This document shows positions 10,627-22,659 of a stretch of DNA of 64,000 nucleotides, in pieces. Both the position numbers and the translations under genes were made by a program. Source of the stretch: Neovahlkampfia damariscottae (lineage: Eukaryota); assembly GCA_016618085.1 (NCBI GenBank), contig JABLTG010000033.1:1-64000 (forward strand), given 5' to 3'. Numbering within the stretch: position 1 is the stretch's first letter; each line of letters starts with the position of its first letter. Below the pieces are notes generated by a model. The model had not been told where the DNA came from. It was given only the letters and a program-made list of their open reading frames with translations, and did not search any database.

Positions 10627-13600
10627 ATGTTTGATTCTTTCAAAATAAAACTGGCCAAAAGAGTCTTTAAAACTCTTTTCAAAGATTTTTTAAAAGAACT
10701 AAATGAAAAACAAATCAATATTGAAAGCAATGGTTTCTCTGTTTCAGACGCCGAACTTGATCTTCAGGTAATTTTTTTCTTTTTTTTTTTTAAAAAAATC
10801 CGTAGGGTATAAATTCAAAATTCAAAGGTTCACCGTATAAATTTGCATCAGGAGGTATATCAGAACTTCATTTTTCGATTCCTTGGTTTAATTTATTTTC
10901 AAAAAATATAACCATAACTTTACGTGGTTTATCTGTAGATTTAGAACAACAAAGTGATACTAACTTCACAACAACATATTCAGGCGGTGATTCTTTAATG
11001 GAAAGTCAACTTTTTGAATCTATAACATTCAGTTCTAACAGTTCCTCTGTTGATTTAGGAATACCTGAAGAATATTTAACAAAAGATTTAGAACCAACTG
11101 AAGAAGAGGAATACCTTACAAAAATTATACAAGGACTAATGTATAGATTACAATTCCAACTTGAAAATTTATCAATTTCGATATCATTTCCTCAAAATAT
11201 CAAAAAAAATATTTTACTGATTCATTTTCCAACTTTGAAATATGAAAACTTGACCAACATACCAAAAGACTCAAATTTTCCAGATGTCTATAACTTTAAA
11301 ATCTATTGTTCAAAATTTTCAATTCAACTTTTTGAAATGGAAAAAAATCAACAAATCAGTTCTTTGCTTTATGAAAATAATGTCATTTTTGGTGACAACA
11401 AAAAAAATGAATTATCAGTAAAATTTATACCTGGGGATGTAGAATCTTTATTAATTATTGATTGGAACATGCCTTCTATTCATAGTATTTTTACACCAAC
11501 ACAAATCAATATTTTAAATGAAATTTTACAATCTTTAAATTATGCACCAGAATCTAATAAAGACCAAGAAAATGAAAAATTCAAACAAGATTCATTTTTA
11601 ACAGTTCCTTCTCCAATTGGATCTAAAAATTCCAATTTATTCAAGAGTATTGAAGTAGAAAAAACTAATTATGTAAATGTTGAATTCAACATTAAAATTG
11701 AAAATAATACATCATTCAATATATTATATGAAGATTATTCAACTAAAGATATTTGGACTGAATTCTATAGGCACTTGGAAAATGAGAAATATTCATTTCC
11801 AAAAATCAAAAAGAATAATCTTCGGATGATCACAGAAAATTTTAATTTACAATATTCAAATGTCAAAAATGATAACAAAATCGATTTATCCATACAAAAT
11901 TTATTTTTAGTTGATCAAAATGAAGATGAAACATCAACACAAAATTTATTAAAATTTGAAGATTCACAAAAAGAAGATTTACATTTATCTGTAAAAAACA
12001 ACGAATTTACTTGTAAACTATCACCTGTTTGTCTCTTATTAGATTTAAATTTAATTGAAAAATTAAGTTTTTTATTGAAATCTGAAGAAGAACATGACAT
12101 TTTTGATGATTCTCCATTGGAATCAGAAATTTTGACTTATGAAGAAGAATTAATGAAGTACATTGTTGACTTGGAAGATTTCAAAATATCAATAAAATAC
12201 CAACATAATGAACAGAATTATGATGTTCTAACTTTGAACTTGAAAAAATTTTCTTTCAATTTTAAAGTATCTTGGAGTCTTTTAATACAATCTTGTTTCA
12301 TAGAAATAGAAGAATCAAAAGATAAATTAATTAGTTATTCAAGAATTTTAGACATTCCAAATGAGATTGTTGTTAAATTAGACAATTCAGAAACTGAAAC
12401 GAAATTACTTGGAAATTTAAGTTCAAATGATTTATCAAAATCAATGATGATTAATCCAAATGGATTATCTGTATTTATGACAAAATCAAATGATGAACTT
12501 TTACTGAGATCAACAATATCCATCAAAACTGATATTTTAAGTGCTGAGTTTAATTTAGAAAAATATTGCAAAATTCAACTTCTTATCAATCAATTGATGA
12601 AAAGTCTCACCCCAAAGAGTAAATCACAACCTAAAAAATCAAAGAAAAATGAGAGAGAATATGAATTACAAGTGAATATTGATTTTGATTTGGTTGATTT
12701 AATTGTTGATCTCAAAGGAAAGAAATTCAATCCAAAAGTGAAATTCAACTTTGATGTGATTTCAATCATTTATTTATCATCAAAAGATAAACAGAAAATC
12801 AATGTTGAAACAAAAGAAATCTCGATAATGGAAGAAATCAATGGAATACCAAGAGACTTTCTTAGAATGAGTCCACAAAAAAAAAAAGGAGAAAAAGAAA
12901 CAGAAACTATTCCAGGACTTGCAATTGATATTAATCTATCAAAAGAGAAATCTATATCAAAAAGTGACATCAAAGTCACCATCAATTCATTCTTGGTTTA
13001 TTATTATCCAGAATTGAATTTAGAAGATAATTGGATAACATTGTTAACTGAATTATTCACTTTCGAAATTGACCCGAATGTACAAACATTAACAAATTTA
13101 GAATTAAATTTGAATGATACTATTATGATGTTACAAATCCCAGGACTTGAATATTGTGGTCTATTGTCTATCAAAATGATAAAATTTGAAACTGAAATGA
13201 ATTATCCAACTATCGAAACTGTATATAACATCTATTTAGAAGATTTAAATCTCTACTTACATAATGACTTTAAAGATAAAGATATCACTGAAGAAATTTC
13301 TGATATCAAAATTTTAGAAGTAGAATTAAAGAAAATTGGTTTCAAAAAATTTGCTTCTTTGAATACTCAAATAGATGAACTTAATTTTGAAATAATAATC
13401 AATGAAGATGTTTTAAAACCTAACATTTTTAAATTTTCAAATTCCATTATTCAAGTTGACATTCACAGAGATTCTATAAAAATCTTTGGAGATCTTGTTT
13501 ATTCATTACAAGAAAAACAAAAAGAAGTAATGCAAAAAGAAAAAGAAAGAATTTTGAAATCATTGAAGCAAGAAGACGAAGAGATTATCATTCAAACTGA

Positions 13601-14597
13601 TAAATCAAAACCAGTAGTCTATGAAGAAAAAATAGAATTTTTCAAAGATGGTTTGAAAATTATTGAAACCATTCAAACATCAGAAGAAAATTTGAGAATA
13701 AGAGATTCAAAATATCAACAAGAAAAATCAAAAGATTCACCTTTATTCAAAACTTATTTCTCTTCAGTGAATATTGTTAATTTAAAATTCATCATTGATT
13801 CAATTGAGATTGATTTGAAATTTCTTGAAGGAGAAGTATTTTCAGAATCTGTTTCAGATGATCATTATTATTTATTCAGTTTAGAAGATATTCATGTTGA
13901 CTATGAATTGAGTGACTATTCAACGGAAATTAAAATTAAAATTCAAAATTTCTTATTGGATCAATTTTTACATCAAAAGAAGCATGAAATTTTGAAGTTT
14001 TATTCACCAAAAAAATTATCTCCTTTTCCAAATATACTTGATTTGGAATTAACAATGATCAACAAAGAAAAGAAATTATCATCAAAATTAACTTTATTAC
14101 CTCTTCAATTAAGCATTGAACCAAATTTAATTCAATTTTTTCATAAATTTTCAAAAGGTGCTCTTGAGAAGCTGGAAGAAACGATTGAAACTAATTTAGA
14201 AGAATTAAATCAAAAAGAAGCAATAAAAGATGATGATGATTTCATCATTGAACATTTTACATCAGATGATATCAAATTAGTAATCAATTGGGTACCTGAT
14301 AATGTCAACTTCAAAAAAATATTCAAAGGAAAATGGATTGAACTTTTTAATTTAAGCTCTGTTTATGGAGTGAAGATTTCTTTAAAATCATTAAATTTAG
14401 TTGATATGAATGGATTTACTGAGTTATTTAAGAAAATGAAGTATCATTGGGTTTCAACAAGTTTAGTTGCAGGAACTACAACCAGTTTGTTATTTGGTTT
14501 TGGACCTATTTCTCAATTTTCTGGACTTGTTTCTTTGTTGATTTTTGAACCAATTACGAAAACAAAAAAATGGATCAAACTTGCTTTTGCTGAATAA
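10627..14597 (+). CDS. ATG2: ATG2-like (Chorein_N) lipid-transfer protein, 1 intron
   Basis: Chorein N-terminus (KRVFKTLFKDFL...SGGISELHFSIPW) and C-terminal W.P..V....I..GKW.EL.NL ATG2-like motif. It appears shorter than typical ATG2. Confidence 0.7.
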
Positions 14598-14627
14598 AAT
14601 TTACCTTTGAGAAATTGAAACAACAAT

Positions 14628-15029
14628 TTATTCTTGTTTTTTTAATTTTCTTAATTCTAATTCATAATCGATTTTTCTTTTTGCATGATGCAATTGCACA
14701 CCTTCATTAAAAAAATGGCAAGCGAATAAGAGATAATTTCTTGGTTGAACCATCCATGCAAATCTCATGAATAAAATACTATAAACGCATAAAGCAGTTG
14801 TCATAACACCACTAACTTTATCCGCAGGTCTGTTCCAGTCTTTAAAAAAAAATTAGCTGTTAAATTTCTCAAAAAAAAAATTACCAACAATGCCCTGGAA
14901 ATTTAGTCAATTTTTTTGTCTTACAGCCAAAGCTATACCCCAATTAGCCACAGGACCCCAAAAATGTGTTGTTTTTATTCCAATTGGTGATGTCCAGAGC
15001 TGAACTAACTTTTGTTTTACAAATTGCAT
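14628..15029 (-). CDS. MPC1: Mitochondrial pyruvate carrier 1 (2 introns, 10-nt micro-exon); absent from the ORF track
   Basis: [12 protein letters not shown]...[32 protein letters not shown]. Confidence 0.93.
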
Positions 15030-15080
15030 GAAAAAATGATTGGACAATAATAAACAGAAATCGGAAAATTTTTAAAAACT

Positions 15081-15536
15081 TTATTCCCATCTTTTTCTTT
15101 CCCAAGTTTCAATTGCTTTTAAAATTTTAGCATTAGAATCCAATTCAAAGGTCAAATGGCCATAATTTAAAAATTGGATTCCTTTGTTAATACCACCGAA
15201 AGCATAAGGAACTGTAGCCCAAACTGAACCATCTTTACCTTTGGTAAATAATGGTAAATCACCTCTTGGAGTGAATTTTGATATTTTTCTTGGAAACTCG
15301 GAATTAGTTGATTGACAAAATTTTTCCAAAGCTGTGAATCCAGAAACACCTGATGGCAGTGTTGGATGATAAAAAACTCCATTTGGATTGAAATGTCGAG
15401 TCCATGCAGAACAAGTTTTTTGATGATCAAAAAAATCATTAAAAAACCCTTTCATCGTTTTATTGTATTCAATGTCATTTTGGGCATTGATAAAACATAA
15501 AACTGAAAAAATAAATAAAATAGCAAGTTTGTTCAT
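15081..15536 (-). CDS. Secreted NTF2/SnoaL-like protein
   Basis: Signal peptide MNKLAILF; W..HF.PNGVFYHP...G...L..F and terminal FELDSNAKI...ETW pattern. Confidence 0.6.
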   Translation of the reverse strand: MNKLAILFIFSVLCFINAQNDIEYNKTMKGFFNDFFDHQKTCSAWTRHFNPNGVFYHPTLPSGVSGFTALEKFCQSTNSEFPRKISKFTPRGDLPLFTKGKDGSVWATVPYAFGGINKGIQFLNYGHLTFELDSNAKILKAIETWERKRWE

Positions 15537-15700
15537 GTTCTCTTTGCAATTTTGCTTCCCTTCGGAGTTTGTATTGCTGACGTTATCCAATCAAATAAAT
15601 TAGAATCAGAGTTGAAAATAACCAATAACGAGAAAGGACAAATCTTTTTTATTTTTGAAACAAGAATTTTCACTTTGGCACTGTTCTTCGTTTTATGGTT

Positions 15701-16136
15701 TTATAATTTGAATTTTAAGTTTTCTGCTTGATCCAAAATTCTTTTCATTTCTTTTTGGTCTTTGTTCAAATTGAACCCATTTACGAAACCATTGATTTCA
15801 TCTAATGTGGTTACTAAGCCTGGTTGTAATATTTTTTTTTCTTTTTGCGATAATTTTGACCAGTTTTCTAAAGTCGAAATATTTTTTTCGTCTAAAGTTT
15901 TGAGAGTTTCATTGATCAAAGACTTATTTTCATAATTATCTTCTATGATATCTTTTAATTTGGATGTTTTATTCCATTTTTTAAACGCTAAAAAGTGATT
16001 TTGTAATTTTTGAATTTTTACGTTTATCTGAAGCAAATGGGTTGTCTAGTGCACCTAAGTAATTATGCTTGTAAAGAAATTTTGTTGTAAATATATTACG
16101 AGTTTGCGGAAATAAAATTTTCGTCGTTGGCTTCAT
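15701..16136 (-). CDS. Hypothetical protein (1 intron), possible mitochondrial presequence
   Basis: The ATG at 16136 (MKPTTKILFPQTRNIF...) splices in frame into ORF 15701-16036; CCAAT lies just upstream. Confidence 0.55.
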
Positions 16137-16148
16137 TATTGTCAAATT

Positions 16149-16159
16149 ATTGGACCAAT
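16149..16159. promoter_or_regulatory. Back-to-back CCAAT boxes (ATTGGACCAAT) in a bidirectional promoter
   Basis: Lies between divergent ATGs at 16136(-) and 16226(+). Confidence 0.55.
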
Positions 16160-16225
16160 GAAACCGCTCTTGTTCAATTCATCCAGCTAGGCTTCAATTG
16201 TTTCAAATTATTATTGTACCACAAA

Positions 16226-17086
16226 ATGTACTCAATATCTCAACCACGTTTATTTATTGATAACTCTTATTCCTCCAAGAAATTATCAGAAGAAAAAAAA
16301 GAATTCAAAGTTATGACTTACAATGTCTTTGGATTCAAACAACAACACAACAAAACAAAATCAAGTGTACAATTACTCTCAAAATTTCTTTCATCCTATG
16401 ATTTAGATTTTATAGCTGTGAATGTAAAAAAAAAAAAAAAAAATGAACACTCTCTGTAGGAAGTTTATCAATACGAAGATTGTGAATTAATAGATTTAGC
16501 AAAGGAATTAAATATGAATTACTGTTTTGGCAGAGCTGACAACAATTTTGGAAATGCCATCTTCAGCAAATACATAATAGATAAAGCAGACTTTCAATGG
16601 TTACGTGTTGATCCTTATGAAAGAAGATGTTCTATCATATTGAAATCATTTCATTTTAACTTAATTGGTATTCATTTAGATGTTGGTGATGAAGAAATTC
16701 GACTGGAACAATACAACATTCTTTTGAAAAAATTACAAACAGACAATGATTTGATAAATCATCCAAATATACTTTTAGGTGATTTTAATGCTTTAAAAAT
16801 AGAAGACTATTCTGAAGAAGAATGGTCCAAAATTGTTGAAATTCGAAAAGAAAACAAATGGGAATTACCAAGGAGTGATTTGATACATAAAGTAGAAGAA
16901 GATTTTCTTGATGTTTGGTCATCATTGACTGACCAAAAAATTACATCAACTTGTAGATTTGATACAAGAATTGATTATATTTTCTTTTCAAAAATGAATA
17001 TTTTTGAAATTGTTGAATTTGAAAAAATTGAAAATGAAACTTCGGATCATTACCCGATTTATATGAATTTTAGAATAAAAAATTGA
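16226..17086 (+). CDS. Endonuclease/exonuclease/phosphatase (EEP) family protein, 1 intron
   Basis: VMTYNV, IAVNEV, GNAIFSKY, HLD, GDFN, RIDYIF, SDHYP. Confidence 0.9.
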
Positions 17087-17154
17087 GAATATATGTTCAA
17101 AATTGGCTACTTTTTTTTCTTAGCATCATCCAATCAAATCGATTTTGTTTTAAT

Positions 17155-18071
17155 ATGGATTTAGGTTCAGAAGAAGAGGAATCAAATTTAAGTATTGATC
17201 TACTGACTTTTTCAAGTGATGTAGCGAAATCAATATCACAATTGTACATAACTGAAAAAAATGAACTCAAAACAATTGACAATTTCCAACAAGAATTTGA
17301 GAAACAAAATTTACTTTTTTTAACAACAGAATTCTGGAATTCCAATAAATCAAAAATAAAAACGGAAATTGAAAAACTCAAAAAAAAGGAAGAAAATTAT
17401 ATTTTAATTATTGATTCTTTAAGAAGTGACTCACATGTTATTATTTTTAGACCTTTTAAGTTTGGAGGAATTTTTGAAAAGATTGTTGTCCGTTGGAAAG
17501 AAAATTATTGTTTACAAGAATTTGCTTCTTTAAGAGAAAAATATGATAAATATAAGTATACTTTCCCACCAAAACAACTTGAATCTCCGTTATTCATTGA
17601 AGAATATAAGTAAAAAGAAAAGTTAATTTTAATCTAAATTCTCTTGGAAGAGTATTGCTTATATTGTTTAAAATGGAGATTGATATTCCTTTAGAAACAG
17701 AAAAACTATTACAAGATTTTCAATTCAATGAAAAAATCAAAAATATTGAACAAATTTCTGATATTTTATTTGTGTTAAAAAAAATTGTAATTTCTTTATT
17801 AACAATTTTCATTAATTATTTTTCACTTTAGGCTAAGAAGCCTTATCATCCAGCAAGTTTATTATTAATAATCATGTTATTTGGAAATGAAATTCAAATT
17901 GATTCATTTTTATCATTGGTCGAATATCATTTTGGAAAATCATTTTCAGATGAATTGAGTCTCATTATGATCATTATTCAATTCCTATTTCACATTTTTT
18001 CAGATGAAAATATTCAAATAATTCAATTTAGAGTCACAAAAATTTTGAGGAACATATTGGTATTGATTTAA
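17155..18071 (+). CDS. Hypothetical protein (2 introns)
   Basis: ORFs 17083-17613 and 17874-18071 can be joined through GT-AG introns; CCAAT at 17130. Confidence 0.55.
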
Positions 18072-18103
18072 CACAAAAATTATAAAATTTTATTAAGTTA
18101 CGT

Positions 18104-19800
18104 CTATTCTTCAAGCATAGTTTGGTAGATTTCGCTCCATTTGAATCTTGTAAATGTATCATGAAGTACATTTGCTTCAATGTCGAATAGTAATCGATCA
18201 AAAATAGTAGATTCACATTCATTGGTCTCTAAGCATTCCCTTAAAGTTTTTTTTGCATGTAATAACAATGTTCTGGAAGTGTTGATTTCATATTCTGCAT
18301 CTGCTGTTAAATAAGTTTCATGGATGTATTCTGCTTTATCTAATCTTTCTTCGGTATCATCAATAGATTTAAAATCACGAACATCTTCCCAGAATTTGAT
18401 ATTTTCAACTGAATACTCTTTTTGTGTGAAGTGATAAAGATATGCTCTTCTAAAATCATTTTCTAAAATATCAAATAATTCAAGTGATTGTCTTGGATTT
18501 GAAATTCTTTTTGTTGTTTTTTTTTTTGACTTAAATGAAAGTAATTGAAAAGAATTTTTTCTGCTCTTTCTTAATTTCCATGGTGATATCTGTCGTGAAA
18601 GGAATGAATTATCATCTTCTTCAAATTTTTCAGTTGAAGGTTCTGAAAATGATGAAAACCTTTGAGCTTGTAAACTGAGTTTTTTAAAGCTAAAACTATC
18701 TCCAAGTGATGATTTTCTTTCTATTTTGTTTCCTGAAAATCTCATACTTGATGACCTTTCTTTTCCAAAATTGAACTGAAGAAAAGAACTCTTTCTTTTT
18801 GGAATAATGAGACCGTCTTCACTTTTCTTTCTGCAAAAAAAATCAGCTGTATCCATGCCTTGAAAAATATCTTTATCATCTTCATCCAAATCAATTAATT
18901 CTTCCGAAAATGTATCTGATTTTTTTGACTCGTACGACCTTGAAGTGATGCTTTTATTCATTGAAGGACTTGAAATTGGTGAAGAAGGACCAAAACCTGA
19001 AGTTAATTTTTGTGATTTTTGTGATTCTGTCTTCATTTGTTTCAATTTGAATTTTGGTGTTTTTAATGAATTTCCACTTGACGAACTATTTGCCACAAAG
19101 TTTGGTGACCATCCTTTCTTTTTGATATCTAATTCTTTATAAATTAATGAATAATTAAAAATGAAGTCTTTCTGTTTCGTTTTCAAATTATTTTTCAAAT
19201 ACTGTCCAAAATGCAATTGTTCCTTTATCTCTTCAATTCTATAATTTGTTAAAAAAAATTGAACACTTTACGGTAAATATTCATTGTATTTCATGGTCAG
19301 TTCAAGTTTATTGTTCTTCAAAAAAAAAATGTGAGTATCTCGTTGTGAACTTTCTGCTTCTGAAATGTAACGATTTGGAACATGAAATTTATCGAAAAAA
19401 ATAAGTTGGTGGTCGCAAACAAAAGTAACTTTGTCATTTAGGTTATATTTTACAAGAATGTTATGAACAACTGAGCTCCTCTCACTAAACACGAATACTA
19501 TCCGAACGTTATGGTCATCTAGTTCATCTAGCAATTGAAAGATTTCCTGTATAGCTTTGTTGTTTGTTGGATATATCAGTGGTTGAATAAAAACTTGATT
19601 TTTAAATGTTTTTTTTTTTTTTTACTTAGAAGCGTCAGATGTTTTTTGTTGATCTGTTCGACTGTTTTGTTGTCTGGCAATGTTTTTATGGCTGCCAAAC
19701 ACTTTTTATCAAACAAAAATTCAGTCTTCAGTGGTTTTTGTTTACAAAGCAAACTTTCCATTGGACCTACAGTTGACCAATCACGCGACAAGTCATCCAT
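18104..19800 (-). CDS. RGS-domain protein with N-terminal thioredoxin/AhpC-like region (2 introns)
   Basis: C-terminal F..KEYSVENIKFW...A..I..TYL......EIN...L.DTF.RF RGS signature; the N-terminal exons resemble a redoxin fold without CxxC. Confidence 0.8.
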
Positions 19801-19934
19801 TTTAAGTAACAAATCTCCGTTTTTGAGATAAAAATTTGAAAAATTTATGATGTTTTAGAGACAACTGATCAGTTTTAAATCCATGACATTTTAGTCCAAT
19901 CAGATACTGTTTTCGCTTCTTCCAAAATTGGAAA

Positions 19935-20273
19935 ATGGGAAACGATTTTTCTTCACCAGAAAATTTTCCTTCAAATGACTTTGAACTTGTAATAAGATTG
20001 TCAAAAGAGTTGGAGTACCTTCTTGAAACGCATTTTGATTCTCATGGAAAAGGTTTACATGAAAAAATTACAAATGCAAAGAATTTACCAATAAAACTTC
20101 AAAAAAAAATGAGATACGTTGCCACAGTTAGAAATAAATTAATTCATGATAGAGATTTCAATAAAATCGATAGAACTGCTTTTATCAAAATTTTTAAGGA
20201 AGCTAAATCTGAACTGGAAGAATTAAAAATTTTAAACGAAAAAGATTCAAGTTCTTATTGTAAACTAATGTAA
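19935..20273 (+). CDS. Small DUF4145/HEPN-like protein with N-myristoylation (MGNDFS) and CAAX (CKLM) signals
   Basis: LE..L...F...GKGLHEKI...LP..L...MR.VATVRNKLIH, containing the R-x4-H motif. Confidence 0.7.
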   Translation: MGNDFSSPENFPSNDFELVIRLSKELEYLLETHFDSHGKGLHEKITNAKNLPIKLQKKMRYVATVRNKLIHDRDFNKIDRTAFIKIFKEAKSELEELKILNEKDSSSYCKLM

Positions 20274-20656
20274 TTGAAATCAAACAACATTTAATTCAAA
20301 CAAAAATCAAAAAACAAAATAAAATTTTTCTCAATCAGCTTGAATGAACACGTTGAAAAATCCAGAAAAATTAAATATGAAAGAACTATCAATTTCTTCA
20401 AATTGAATAACAAAAAAAGAAAAAATTCAGTCAATGTTGATGAACATCAAGAATAAAGTGATCATAAAGATCAAAGATTGTATAGATTAAATTTTTTTTA
20501 AATACGATCCAAGTACATGAGATGTCTTTGTTGTAGCAATGGAATAACAAAGATATTTGGGTAAACTGACCATCACAAAAAATCCAATATTTTGAAAGAA
20601 AAATTGTTCAAATATTAATCTCATTCGTCCATTTTTTTTATACCAATAAACTCACA

Positions 20657-21424
20657 ATGTTTGATTTGTTGTTAATAACATGTGTCAGTATTTTTTTGTT
20701 ATACATGGTTCCTCCGGAAGTGATGATATCAATACTACAGCAGTTTGATATTCAAATTCCAGGTGTACCTCAAAAAACATCAAACCAAAACCAACAACAA
20801 AAACAAAACGAAAATTTGCAAACCAAAACCAAAGCAACAGAACAAAAAAAAGAAAAAACTTTACCAAAAGAAAAGAAAGAAAAAAGTATTTTTGAAAAAA
20901 AACTTGAAGAAAAAAAACAAGTTGAACCTGTAAAAAAGAAAGAAGAATTGCCTCCAAAAATTCAAGAAAAGTTGAAAATCAATTTAGAAAAGAAACCTTC
21001 TGATAATCATATTGAACTTAGAATGACAAGTACACCAAGAAGAACTCAAAGTTTAATTTCCGAGATTTCCAGATCACCAAGACCTGTTTTCAAAGGACGT
21101 CACAAAAGAAAAGCATCCTCAGTTTCAGCAGAACTCGAAGATTTAAAAAAAGATGTTGATAGTGTAAAATTACCCGATAATCCTGATAAACTAGAACATA
21201 AGTTACAAATCGAATATTTTAAAAAGAGCATTGCAGAAGCAGAAAAAAATAATAAGAAGAATTATAATATGAATGATATTAAGAAATCCAGTGTTGTTGA
21301 AGAAGAAGTTGTTGTTCAAAGAGAACCTATAACCAGTACATCTTCAGATTCTGGTGGAGCAAGTGGTATAACAGCAAATGCTTTACTTGGAGCTCTTAAA
21401 AATTTAAGAAAAACACCAAAATAA
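20657..21424 (+). CDS. Membrane-anchored protein with C-terminal WH2-like motif
   Basis: N-terminal hydrophobic segment; ends ANALLGALKNLRKT. Confidence 0.6.
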   Translation: MFDLLLITCVSIFLLYMVPPEVMISILQQFDIQIPGVPQKTSNQNQQQKQNENLQTKTKATEQKKEKTLPKEKKEKSIFEKKLEEKKQVEPVKKKEELPPKIQEKLKINLEKKPSDNHIELRMTSTPRRTQSLISEISRSPRPVFKGRHKRKASSVSAELEDLKKDVDSVKLPDNPDKLEHKLQIEYFKKSIAEAEKNNKKNYNMNDIKKSSVVEEEVVVQREPITSTSSDSGGASGITANALLGALKNLRKTPK

Positions 21425-21492
21425 AACTTCGGTTTAATATTTTCCAGCAAACCAATCATTTTTGGTTGAAACAAAAAACAACAAAAAAAGGA

Positions 21493-22657
21493 ATGAGTCA
21501 TGAAGAAATTGGTAACTTTTCAAAAAATACTAAAATTCAGTGAAAGAAATATTATCACAAAAAATACATCGACCTTTTTTCGTCTCTGAAAGAATAATGC
21601 ATGATCCTAAAAAACGGTAAGAAAAAAAAAAGTTAAAAATCAAAAAGATCATTTTATGTCCGAAAAAAAACGAAATTATATGATGAACTGTTAATATCAA
21701 TCTCAAATAGTGTTGAAAAAAATCCTTGTGTAATTTTGACCATTGAAAATGGACCTTACACGATGCAAATTTTGGAAATTTTGAAAGAAAATGAAATAGA
21801 AGTCCAATTGATTGAATTAGGTACACCATTTACAAAAATAAAAGAAAGAGAAATGATCAAAATTTGGTCTGGTTGGGATGTATTTCCACAAATATTTCTT
21901 AACGGTTTTTTACTTGGTGGATATGATGAATTGAAAATCAGTTTAGAAGGTTTTTTTTTTTTTGTTTTTAATTGTTTGTTAGATGGAACATTTGAAAAGA
22001 TATTGAAAATAAAACGAAAAATTTCATCTCCAAGAAAATTTATACAAAAAAAACAATCAATGGAAAAAATTCCAACTGAAAAAGTTGAATTATCAGATAC
22101 ACAATGGGATAATGAATATTATCAAAAGTGTATAGATTTGAGTGAAATTACACTTGAAGAGTTACAAGTACCTGAAAAATTCAGATTAGATGTTCGTGAA
22201 CAATTATTAATATTTTTGAATTTAGGAAAGTGAATTTAAACAACCATATAGTGAAATAGTTTCATTATTAAAAAAACTAAATATTGTCCATACACCAGGT
22301 TTTTTTTTTTTTTTTGAATAATTTTGTTATACAGAAGAACAATTAGCAGTTTTAGAAAAAAGTATAGGTGATATAACACTATGCATCGAATATCATTATA
22401 AAAAAAATTTAAAAAACGAAGAGGTCATGGTTGGAGCTGATGATTTAATTCCTATTTTCATATATTGCATCATAAAAGCAAAAGTCAAAAGATTGTATAC
22501 AATGTTCAAAAAATTAACTGAATTTTGTGATTTCAAAGGAGGTGGTGGTTATTCCATTGCAACACTGGACACAACTTTGAATATCATTTCAAACTTGAAA
22601 ACATCAGAAGAAATTTTGAAATGGAATTGGGATAACGCAAAATTAAATGACTTTTAA
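21493..22657 (+). CDS. Glutaredoxin-like plus VPS9-domain protein (several introns)
   Basis: WSGWDVFPQIFLNG.LLGGYDEL (Grx fold); GADDLIPIFIYCIIKA...GY..ATL (VPS9). Confidence 0.75.
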
Positions 22658-22659
22658 TT

